Virus record (IMG/VR): IMGVR_UViG_3300028833_000121
Span: 1-64,000 of that record
DNA: 64,000 nt
Direction: 5' to 3' (one strand)
From: a virus
Lineage: Duplodnaviria; Caudoviricetes
The notes beneath the pieces were generated by a model. It saw only the letters and a program-made list of their open reading frames with translations, made no database searches and was not told the DNA's origin. Positions 53,206-64,000 of this stretch are shown in pieces (positions within the stretch are counted from its first letter, which is position 1; the number at the start of each line of letters is the position of its first letter). A program made the translations under genes and the position numbers.

Positions 53206-53625
53206 TTAATCAATATAAAATACTACAACATTAGGTGTAGTAAAGGTTGCATCCGCACCAGTGGTTTTAAAAGTTAAAATACCAGTATTATCAATAGAAC
53301 AACAAGATGGACGAATTCTTACAATTGTGGAAAAAGCTAAATTAACATCAGTAGTGTTTGTCGCAGAGAGCGCGCTAGCTGTCGCGCCAGGTATCTAATC
53401 ATCTTCATTAAATAACTAAACAGTTATTGGCGCGGTTTCGGTTGCTTCTGTTGCAGTAGCAATACTATTGAAAGATACAAAGTAGTAGCCGGGTCTATTT
53501 AATACCACAGCGGGCGAACCAGCTAAATGCTGTGCACTACAACTGGTCGCCACTCTGTTGGTATCAAAAGTGATGTTAGACCCGGTAGTCAACGCCTAAG
53601 GCGCCAAACTAACAATATCTAACAT
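53206..53625 (-). CDS. beta-sandwich (BclA-C/C1q-like) protein (module gene 4; TAG-recoded)
   Basis: NITFDTN...LNRPGYYFVSFN...V*LF...IPGA.AS pattern; 139 aa. Confidence 0.55.
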
Positions 53626-53657
53626 ATTTTAGTTCCTCCCATTAAAGCGTTAATACC

Positions 53658-54368
53658 TTAGATTACAGTGTTACCACAACCGCATCCGCAGTTACCGGTA
53701 TAACCGTAAGGGTTAATAGAAGCATAAGGGGAAGTAGTAAGATATGCAGGACGAGAAATAGGCCGTAAGGTATCAATAAGATCAGCGGTCTATTGCTGCT
53801 GACTAATCTGGAAGTTAGCCGCCTGGAGAGCACGATCGCGCTCTTCAAGTCTGTCACGTAAGTCCTGAATAGTATTTTGAGTAATAAGCGCACGAGTTGC
53901 TTCAGCTTCCCCATGAATAGCACTTGTAATTTCACAAGTATTCTTATAGGCTTCAGCCTTTACGCTATCAATATTGCGCTCAATACCACAATTAGCGATC
54001 TACTGAGCATAACGATTCTCAGCAATTTGCTGACCAAGTCCGCAGAACCCGTCAAGCATGTCATAACGAATGTCGCCCCAAGAATCAGTAGCAACACGTT
54101 CAAAGTTAGAAAGTTCACCCGCAAGTTCACCGAAATTGCGGAACATATCCTGGCTATTATTAGCCTCGTACAAAGCAGAACGGGTTAAAGAACCCTCAAC
54201 AGATGGGCTGTTACCACCGTAACCGCCACCCCAACCACCAAAGATGCCGCCACCGCCAAGCAGTGCAAGCCATACCAGGTAAATAAAGGGGTTATTACAC
54301 CAATCTGCCATACCATTATTATCTTTAGTCAATGCCATTACATCGGCCGCAGAAAGTCCATTATCCAT
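53658..54368 (-). CDS. Gly-rich/coiled-coil protein with Cys-Gly tail (module gene 3; TAG-recoded)
   Basis: GGGGIFGGWGGG segment, Gln-rich coiled coil, ends GNCGCGCGNTVI; 236 aa. Confidence 0.75.
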
Positions 54369-54431
54369 ATTAAGTTTTGTCCTCCCATTTTTATTATATA
54401 TAAAACTTCGGCGCCTGAAGTCTTATTTATA

Positions 54432-54632
54432 TTATAAAGAATGAATTATATCCATTCCTTTTTGTATATCTTCTTCGGAAATGCCTTGAAGCCGCGCTCT
54501 CTATGCAAGCTAACTAAGTAAGTTATCATTTAAATTATGCGCTAAAGCCTTAAACTTTTCTGGGTCTAATTTAGGCTATTGCTGCTACGCATACGGCGCG
54601 CGCATTAAAGGTTTATTATTGTAAAAGTTCAT
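54432..54632 (-). CDS. small Gln-rich protein (module gene 2; TAG-recoded)
   Basis: 66 aa MNFYNN...ARLQGISEEDI. Confidence 0.6.
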
Positions 54633-54966
54633 TTAATTTACCTCCCAATTCTTCAAGACGTTTTTCTATTACTCCGATTTTGGATAACAAAAAGTCCTCA
54701 GAAGACTTCTGGTCAACTGAGGACTGAATATTGTTATCCTTTTTTTCATACGGAGCAATACTATAAACCATAAAATTCGGTGTGCCATTTTGCATAGATT
54801 TAACATACATTAAACCTTCATTTAAGCAAAGCGCAACCGAAAGTCCACTGTTCATCGGAACATTAGCTACTTCCAATGAACTACCAATCAAATACACATT
54901 TCCATGTGGCTAAAGAAAAAATGCATTCGGCTGGTACTACATAGGTAAACTGTAGTTTGCTGCCAT
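54616..54966 (-). CDS. hypothetical protein (module gene 1; TAG-recoded)
   Basis: 116 aa; SLEVANVP...MYVKS..NG pattern. Confidence 0.65.
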
Positions 54967-55057
54967 ATTTAATTGTCCTCCCTTTTGTCTTACATTTATA
55001 AGTAAGAATAATACAATGGGAGTATAAAAAATTAAGTAAAATTTTCCAAATTTTAAA

Positions 55058-55927
55058 TTAGTAATATGGCTCTAAAGCATTACCAGAACTATTAACTATC
55101 ATAACTCTATACATTTCCAGCCCAGTTCCTGCGCTATTTACCATATACACAAGATAAAGATCAAAACCGGTTCCTGCGCTATTTACTATATGAACCATAG
55201 CCATTGGTTTCCAAATAGCATACAAGGTAATTGTACCGTCACGGCTTATAGAAATTGAATTACCACCACTATATGAAGTTCCAGTTCCATCAGATTTTGT
55301 GTTCCAATTCAAAAATTCATAACCAGATCTAGTTGGCACTGTTGAAGATACGGTAAAATTTTTTGAAGAATCCGCACTATCATCAGTTGTTTTTTGCTAA
55401 GACGGTGCGCCAGAGCCGCCATTAGCATTATAATTTAAAGTATAACTATAATCCTATGTCGTTACTTCTAATTTCGCGCTTGAAACTCTAACCCAGTCAT
55501 TAGAAGTAGAATTTGTAGCATATGGCCCAACTACATAACCATATTGTGGGACTCCATATGAAGTAAGAATCCAATTTTTTGAACTAGAAGCAGTAGTGGT
55601 AAGAATATCTGAACCAGGTGTAGTAAAATCAGATGCAGTACTATTACTTTTAAAACGAAGTCTAATATCAGTATTATCTGTACTACTAAAATATAAATAA
55701 AACTATATTTTTGTAACCGTTTTAGTTCTTAAACTAGCTAGAGTTGTAGCATTAAAAAGTAAGTTAGTAAAATGAGTAAGTCCAGAATCGGTAGAATGAC
55801 AAACATAACCATTATAAGTACTATTTATACTACTATTATATTCTACATTACTCCAAGTAGAATTCCAATATCCTGCCATTTTAAAACCAGTATATTTACC
55901 GGTATTTGTCAACGTATAAGAGCCCAT
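55058..55927 (-). CDS. virion protein with Listeria-Bacteroides-repeat-like domain (TAG-recoded)
   Basis: YNANGGSGAP...PTRSGYEFLNWNTKSDGTG...LYAIW; 289 aa. Confidence 0.8.
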
Positions 55928-55931
55928 ATCT

Positions 55932-56687
55932 TTATACCTTTACTAATACTATATCTCCCGCCACCGCACCAGATGGTACAGAAGCTGAAGTAGTTACATA
56001 CACACTACGAGTCCCTACAGTACCTTTAGTAATAATCTAATTCGCACCACCATTTAAAATTACCGCGCCATTAGTTTCTGCATATACTATCCATTTGGAA
56101 TTTGTATTATCATAAATTCCACCTTTACCAGACGCACCAGCACATAAACTAATCTTATGGCCCTATGTAGTATTATTTGCATAAATATTAACTTCACCAG
56201 CTTTTGTAATTGTTAAATCACCACTCATTGTGCCACCAGATAATTTTAAATAGGTACTACTAATAGTATCCCCGTTTCCATCCTGAGTAGCTTTTGTAGC
56301 GCTGGTTGAATTTCCATAAAAAGTAGTATTTCCAGCAGCAGTACTCTATATTATTCTATTCTAATTTGTATAATCGTATAAATAAAAAGTATTTGCGTCA
56401 TTTGCGTATCCGGCCCAAATCTATCTTGAAGTATTATCATTATTATGTTTACTATGCCAAATTATTTGCGCGCCATTAACCATAGATGTAGTACCCATAT
56501 TTAAATTACCAGTTAATGTTCCGCCAGTTAATGGCAAATATCCAGAAGCTATATGTTCCGCCACATTTTTAATAGTACCATTATTATTAATATATAAGTC
56601 GTTGCCGTCCCAACCAAGTTCATAAGGCAATAAATCACTATTGGTTGGAGAGGTACTTCCGTGTCTTACCTATAATCTATTAGCCAT
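55932..56687 (-). CDS. tail fibre-like protein (TAG-recoded)
   Basis: YLPLTGGTLTG and YLKLSGGTMSG repeats; 251 aa. Confidence 0.75.
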
Positions 56688-56711
56688 TTAGCTAACCTCC
56701 AAATAAAAAAA

Positions 56712-56757
56712 TGCGCGAGGTAATTTAATTTTGACCTCTTAGAATATTACCTCGCGC
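56712..56757. terminator. intergenic hairpin (possible terminator or processing site)
   Basis: GCGCGAGGTAAT...ATTACCTCGCGC. Confidence 0.55.
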
Positions 56758-56764
56758 GAAATAT

Positions 56765-57148
56765 TTAATTTTCAGAAATAAAAGGTATTAGAAGATTTAT
56801 ATATTTCATTTCTAAATCTAACCCATCTAATTCATCTAAACTAAATACCGGTTCATAATCTAAGTGAATTTCTACGTTACTTAGTTCATCAATTTTGTTT
56901 TTACATTCAGAAAATTTTTCTTCTTTAATCTTTACACCTTGGCCATTATCGGTTAATATAAAGTTACCAGCTTCATCTTTTTGTCCGTATTCATCAATAA
57001 TTTTTTCTAATGTTTCGTTAAAAAATTTTGACTCAACTTCTAATTCGTTAAAAAGTCGATTCAATTTATAACTAGTTTTTATTGGAAGCTTTTTATCTAC
57101 CAGCTTATTTCGTATATTTAAAATATCAAAGACCTCAATAAGTTTCAT
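56765..57148 (-). CDS. hypothetical protein
   Basis: 127 aa, own sigma-A promoter, no TAG. Confidence 0.7.
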   Translation of the reverse strand: MKLIEVFDILNIRNKLVDKKLPIKTSYKLNRLFNELEVESKFFNETLEKIIDEYGQKDEAGNFILTDNGQGVKIKEEKFSECKNKIDELSNVEIHLDYEPVFSLDELDGLDLEMKYINLLIPFISEN

Positions 57149-57179
57149 TTAAATACTCCTTCTTTTACTTTCTATATAT

Positions 57180-57208
57180 ATTATACCACAAATCAAATAA
57201 AAAAGCAA
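57180..57208 (-). promoter_or_regulatory. sigma-A/70-type promoter
   Basis: TTGCTT-17 nt-TATAAT, preceded by TGG. Confidence 0.7.
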
Positions 57209-57230
57209 ATTTTAAGAACAATTTTAAAAT

Positions 57231-60200
57231 TTAACTGTCCCAAGTCCCACCATTAATAATAAAATTATCAATAGTTAAACCATTATTAGTAATTGTAAGA
57301 GTTCCTTTAACTAAATCTCCAATATAAACTGTTTTTCGAGTCGCTGTTTCATGTAATTCTAAAATTTGATCAGTAACCCCGTTAGCTGGCGCGGTTGCAT
57401 TCAAAACAAAGTAATTTTTACCATATAATAAATTAGGCGTAGCACGATATAATACTTTTTGATTTTTATAATAATAAGTATAAGTAGAAGTTCCTGTGGG
57501 AGTAGCACTATCTATCTGAGTAAATCTTAAATTAACTGTCACCTTCGCGCCGAAATAGACAATATCTAAATTAATTCCACTAGTGGCCCCTTGTAAAGTA
57601 CCAGTACTGCTCATACTAGTAGTACCAACATTAGATAAAGAAGTAGAGCTACCTAAATCAGTATATGTACCAGTAGGGGTAGCACAATACTACAATTGCG
57701 TGACTATACTTGAATAAGAATTACTATATTTCGTATTTTGAACAGATCCACCAAAATCCGTACAAGTCCAAGTGGTAGTAAAATTATCGTTACTTTCTGA
57801 TGCGTCAGTTATACTAAAATTAATAGAAGTAGGTGAAAACCTATGAAAAGATGTAGTATTTAAATTATTACTACTACTTCCATTAATTGTGCCATTGTTA
57901 TTATTTGCAAGGACAATATAAACAGAATAATCTCTAGTTGCTTCTGACGCGCAAGCTGGAAGAATATACTCAATATACTTCGTACCATTTAATGTATATA
58001 GATAATTACCTGCTGTACTTGGTGCCGTCCATTCAGAAGCAGAAATAGTTATAAAATTTAACTATGTATTTCCAAGCATAAAATATACAGTTGCTACTTG
58101 ATTTGCATAAGTTTTTAATCCAGAAAAAGCAATTCTTAAAGTCTAAGTTTCAAAAGTTGGATAACGACTAGTAAAAGAAGAAACTCTATAACTAGTTGGA
58201 ATAGCTTTCCAAGAACTTGTACCGGTTTTTATCTATAATTGCGCGGTGCCAATAGTATTGATTCCTTCTATAAAATCTAAAACTATTGTAGCTACATTCT
58301 AAAACTATTCTCCAAAAGAATTCTAAGCCGTTATTTTTAAACTTACATTATAAGTAGAATTTGGTGCAGATGTTCCACTCCCACTAATTAATGTAATCCA
58401 ATCAGAGGTTGCTTTATTGTTTAATGTACAAGTTCCAGTCACTGTACCAGAAGCATCAGTCCCTGTACTATTTAAACTTAGACTACGACCACCATATTCT
58501 AAACTTATGGTATATATTTCTGCATAAGTGGTTGGTACATTGTTTTGATTAGTAAATGCTAACGGCTAATTTGTAAAACTTATATTAAATAAAGAATTAG
58601 TATAAGGCTTAATACTAGTACCAGTTTGTGGTGTAGCAGAAATTGTCTAAGGAGTTATATCCGCCGCGCGGGTTTTAGTAAAGGTACTAGTTGTACTAGT
58701 AATACTATTGCAAGTAAATACTACCTAAAAAGTATAAGCAGTATCTCTAGTTAAAGCATTTAAATCTACATCACTATATTCAGTACCAGTTAAACTTATA
58801 TCTGTCCAAGTTGTAGCTGAAGAAGTTTTATACTACAATTTTTTAGTTAAACCATTATTATTAGTTGGATTATAATAAATTCGTATATATCGTCCAAAGT
58901 ATGCCGTATTAGCAGTTGAAACATTTGAACTAGCCAACTAATTATAGACAGTAATGGTTGGTGCGGAAGGTATACAAAAAGCATTAGTACTTATCTTTGC
59001 TACGCTTTCTCCTAAATCATCAGTAACAGTTAGCTATACTCGATAAGAATTATTAAAACCAACTCCACCAGTAGTAACATCTAAATTACTATAAGAAGTA
59101 GCATTACCAAAAACAGTCTATGCAGTACTTGGCGCGCTAGAACTAGTAGCTGTACCTGTAAGAAATTTCCAACTATAAGTTAATGTAGCGGAAGGATCTT
59201 TAGTTATTGTTGGAGTATCTAACTTAATATTTTTAACATAATAGCGGTTCTATACTGTAGGAGTAAAAGTAGCTATTGCTGTCATATTAAAATCGCCAAT
59301 AGAAGGAGCAATATTTACTGTAATAGCTTTACTAGTATAAGAAGAACTATACTCTAAACCATCATAAGTCCAAAAATAATAAGTAACTGCAGAATTTAAT
59401 GTAGGAGTAGTAAGTGGAGAAGTAAATAATGTTTTTGTTCCATCTGCAGCAGTCGCGTAATATAAGGTTTTAGTTTGGCTCGTATCAGGATCTGTACCAG
59501 CTGTAACTGTAAAAGTTACTGTGCTACCACTACTTTTTACACGACTACTACTAGCCGTAACCGTTGGTGCGACAGGTAAACTATTTATTGTAACAGTAGA
59601 CTACGCGGAACTAATCCCAGAACTATATCCACTAACACTACCATTAGTAACTATTTTAAAATAATAAGTACTACCGCGAGTCGCATTTGACGGAACAGTA
59701 AAACTATATGGACTTGAAGTAGAAGTGGCACTTCCAGTATAAGAAGAGGTAGTAGGAGCTTCACCTACTTTCCAATATACTGTATAATTCTATATTGTCA
59801 TATTATTGCCAGCTGTCGCACCACTCCAAGAAATATCTACAGCACTTGAAGGCTTTTGAATAGCAGCAGAAGCAGACACAGAAGTGGGCGCGCCGCAATT
59901 TGTATAAGTAATAGCATATTCAATTACAGGAGTACCTGATATTGTAACAGTTGCACTTCTATTACAAGTATCATTTGGATATAAGATTGTAATATAACCT
60001 TGCCCATTTTGAATACAACTTTTAAAGATTGTTGTAATATCTATTCCGGTACTTGCTGAAGAAGGAGTAAAAGATTTTGCATTAGAGAAAATATTACTAT
60101 CATTATATCTAACAAAAAAAGTACTTCCACCATTACATATTGCATAAGAAGAACTGGTATCTCCAGAACATGAAAATTTTAATTTTGCACTTGCAATTAA

Positions 60201-60536
60201 ATTGGCAGCTGGAACATTAGAAAGAGAAAAATTTAATTTAAGCTGATACATTGTACCATCATAATGAGAAGTGGCTGTAGCGTAATACTCTCCCTCACTT
60301 TGTATATAACGACTAGATACACCTGAATAATATATACCACTACGTGAACTTCCAAAAACATTTGAACCATAAATACCACCAGAATTATTTAGTGGTGAAG
60401 GGTTGTCTGGATACAATGAACTTGTTTTTGCATCTGCAATTGCCGCAGCGCTAGAAGCTCCAGTACCGCTTCCAAAAGAATTAGTAGTTGCACTTCCATA
60501 ATAACTAGTCATTGAACTAATATTAATACTTGGCAT
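57231..60536 (-). CDS. large Ser/Thr-rich Ig/FN3-like repeat tail protein (TAG-recoded)
   Basis: Two ORF fragments in one frame joined through many TAG, ~1101 aa; only part of the middle checked codon by codon. Confidence 0.7.
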
Positions 60537-60552
60537 TTATTCTTTCCTCCTT

Positions 60553-63500
60553 TTACTCCTCAACATACAAGCAATAATATCCATTATTTACTGCATATTT
60601 TAACATTTCATTTCCATTTGTTACTATCATACTATTCTTATTAGTGACTATAGCGGCATCATTAATAATTTCATTAGTTAAAATTTCTACATTTGCATTA
60701 CTGCTAGCTATTTTAACGCCGTTAACACCATTATTTAACTGGATATAACTTAATCCATCTTCTAAATAATTCTATCTTAAAATAGTAGTACCAGTATTAA
60801 TATTAGTAACATTAACACCAATCTAACCACCATTAAAATTAATAAAAGGTACGACCTAACTATCGTAATAAAAACCATTGTCTGAAAGAACTAAAGTTAA
60901 AATATCATTAGTTTCACCACTTTCTTCATCAATATTTCCTATCTACTTATAAAAACCAATACCACCTTTTGTATTATCAGTATTATAAATTTTTAAAGTG
61001 GGCTCATTTGTAGCAGAATTATTGCCCCAAATAATAGGAGCCTTTATAATAGTATTAGTAATTAATGAATCACTAATTACACTACCTTTAAATTCGCCAC
61101 TTCGCGCGAAAACATTACCTTTATCAGTAACAATAAAGGGAGATGTTCTAATCTACCCATCCTCAGTGCCATTCGCGCCACCCCAAAAGATAATATTATC
61201 ATCTGTGTATATAACTGGTTGCTCGCCAGTAGAAATTCCAGCACTCCAATCATTATAATTAAAAGAAATGGTGCGCTGAGTATTAATACCTGCATAATTA
61301 TTATTACTACCACTATTACCAGCTGTTGTTAAGCTGCCGCGTAAAAATACATTATCAGCATATAAACCATAACCGATGCCTTCTGGCGCGCCACTCAAAT
61401 CACCAAGTAATAATCTAATATTATAATCAATATCACCGGTATCACTTTTATTAATTAAATTAGTGAATTCTTCCATCACTAACGCACGTGGCGGCAATAC
61501 CATATTATTATCATCAGAATTTATACCAATTAATAAATCCGTCTACGCGCCATACCCAAAAATAGTAGCAGTATTATATTTATCTTTCTAAGTTAAAACT
61601 GTACTATAATCAGTATTGCATAAATAAACATCTATGATATTATTATTTTTACTAGTTATTTTTCCATAGCGAGTATCATCACCTGATAAACCTATAATTA
61701 TATCTTTTCCAGTTTCACTATCAGGAATATAGTTTTTACTATCATTATTTAAAGTAATTTTTAATGTATTGGCAGTAGAAGTAGTCTCGATATTTTCTAT
61801 TTCAAAAGTGGGCTTAAATATAAAAGTACCGCCCATTGCCCTAGTTTTTTCAGTTACAAAACTTGCTGCATTAATAGTAGAAGCATTTATAACACTAGAA
61901 GTTATTGACCCACTAAAATCACCATCTGTCGCATGAATTGTTCCACTAAATTCTCCATCATGCGCGATTATTTTCCCAAAATCGGCCACAACTCCATTCT
62001 AAGTATCCTATATTGACCAATTATTACCAATAACATTTCCTTCATTAGTGAGAGTAAAATAATTAGTATTGCCATTTACTAAAGTAAGTACATTACCATT
62101 ATTCTCATTTGGATTTAATAATTTTAAATTTCCTACCGTGACTGAACCACTTACTTGCGCGCCGTTACCTATATCTATATTCTTTACAGTAATACTAGAT
62201 TCTTTAACAACTCCATTTTCTGTATAGCTAGAATTTAATATTAAATCATTAGAAGAAATAGAATGCTCACTAATTTCAAAACCACCAATATTACCATTAT
62301 TAGAAGTTATAGTGCCACTAAATTCTCCATCGGTTGCATGAATAGTGCCGCTAAATACGCCGTCACCATTCATATATAAACGTCCAGTATTCTCATCAAT
62401 AAAAAATACATCTGTATAATTATTATTACTGCCAGTTTGAATTTTAAAACCACCGTTAGTAACTGTTAGACCCTCTAAATCAAATCTTAACCCAGTATTT
62501 TCTATAGCAGCAGTAATATCTGCCGCATTAACAGAAAATTTAACCATCTATTCATTTAAACCATTTTTAATTTGAATGTATTTTTCAGCATTTAAAATAG
62601 AAGCATCTAATTGATGAACCTAAATAAAAATAATTATATCTTCACTACTAAAAGATTCAAAAAATAGTTTTAAATTAGTAATAACATCAGCAACAATAAA
62701 ATCAGTATCATTTATTTTACTATTTAAACTTCCATCATATAAGTCTAAATATAAGTTCTAAAAGTTAAAATAATAATAATATTCATCATCTGTATTTAAT
62801 TTATTGTATAAATATCGTTCATAATAAGCAGGTTTTATAATTTCATTTAATTTATAACTACTTATTTGAACCTATATTGTAAAATATGTATTTCTAATAT
62901 AATACTATGTAGATGAACTATATACAGTGCTATTAGTACATTGTACATAATCATTCTAATTATTTTTATAATAATATAAGGTTTTGTTCGCATTAAAAGT
63001 AGTTGAATCAATATTGACCTTGCTATATTCTACTATAGGAATATTAGATAATTCAATTAAATCATATCCACCGATCTACAATTCTGAAGAAGGCGCGAAG
63101 CTATAAGTAATGGTATTTGAGTTCTATGAATTACTATTAAACTTTAGTATTTCTTCATAATTAGTATGAATAGTAAATTTCCCAGCATCTTCTCCATCTT
63201 CACCGTCTTTAGCATACATACTTATAATATGTGGCGTTGTATCACTAGTTGTATTATCAGTATACAATGTATGCTCATAATTCCATAAATATTTATCTGT
63301 CTAATCTATTGTTGGAATACTTCCAGGCGGACAAGCAATCCAATCCTAAGAACTTGTAGATGGCGCGGCTGTAGTACTAGTTTTTGCATAATAATTTGTT
63401 ACAGCACTAATACCCTTTCCATCTTGGCCAGGGCTACCTGGCGCACTATATGTACCAATTATGCGTTTACTAGTTTCACTATGTGTAGAATCAGAATAAG

Positions 63501-63999
63501 TAATATATTCATAATTCCATAAATATGGATTACTGGCAGTAGGAACTACAACACTAGTACTCCAAGTTCCAGTCGGTGCTATAGTACTAGAATTACCAGC
63601 TTTATAATATTCAGTTATTGTACTAATTTCTTTTCCATTTGTACCGTCTTCAATTGTAATACTAGTACCATCACTAAAATTAACTGTGGTAGCAGTTCCA
63701 GAATGAGAAGTACTTGTAATTGTAACACTAGTTCCATCAGCACCATCTTCAACTAATTTAGTTGGAGTCACAAAAGTAATAGAAGTACTTGGATTATTTC
63801 TATCAATTATTGCCGCACTACTTACATAACATGGATCATTACCACTAGGAATATATGTATTCCAACCCTAAGTATATCCAGTTAAAACGCCAGTTTCAAA
63901 ATTATAACTAGTAGCAGTAGGCGTATCTTGTTGACCAAGTGCGGTTGAACTTCTTTTATATAAAAATATTGTAGCCTGATTATATCCATTAAGACCTGG
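60553..63999 (-). CDS. very large tail/host-specificity protein, 5' end outside window (TAG-recoded)
   Basis: Four ORF fragments share one frame; GQDGKGIS and NPYLWNYE.ITYSD repeats, ATDG.FSG repeats. Confidence 0.75.
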
Positions 64000-64000
64000 C

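Overview
This window is part of a large, AT-rich tailed-phage genome. Strong AGGAG ribosome-binding sites, sigma-A-type promoters and BspA/Listeria-Bacteroides-repeat proteins suggest an anaerobic Firmicutes (Bacillota) host. The phage uses an alternative genetic code with TAG = Gln (code 15). TAG falls at conserved Gln positions (SHMT NV*PHSG, NrdG C*N, UvrD Q-motif), and read-through joins the fragmented ORF track into full-length genes. Every true stop I checked is TAA or TGA. Layout: 1-5.1 kb (minus) is a tRNA/ncRNA array downstream of a Ro60/TROVE-like vWA gene. 5.2-7.7 kb (minus) holds lysis genes, followed by RNase H and a disrupted kinase (plus, 7.9-9.5 kb). 9.5-21.6 kb (minus) holds tail/adhesin genes, including two BspA-type LRR proteins and a GT2 glycosyltransferase. 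21.8-52.9 kb (plus) is replication and nucleotide metabolism (ligase, UvrD-like helicase, type II topoisomerase B/A, SSB, AAA recombinase, DnaB, primase, RecJ, DnaE, NrdD/G, GlyA, ThyX-like, Dut, RuvC). 52.9-64 kb (minus) is an uncharacterised five-gene module and large tail proteins. The most novel-looking signals are a ~480-nt pseudoknotted RNA wrapped around tRNA-Ile, two non-canonical tRNA-like RNAs, a repeated ACRGCAA bulged stem-loop linked to the Ro60-like gene, a candidate phage late-promoter motif, and a strong early-to-late gradient in TAG usage. Coordinates of recoded genes were derived by hand. Protein family calls come from motif recognition, not database searches.
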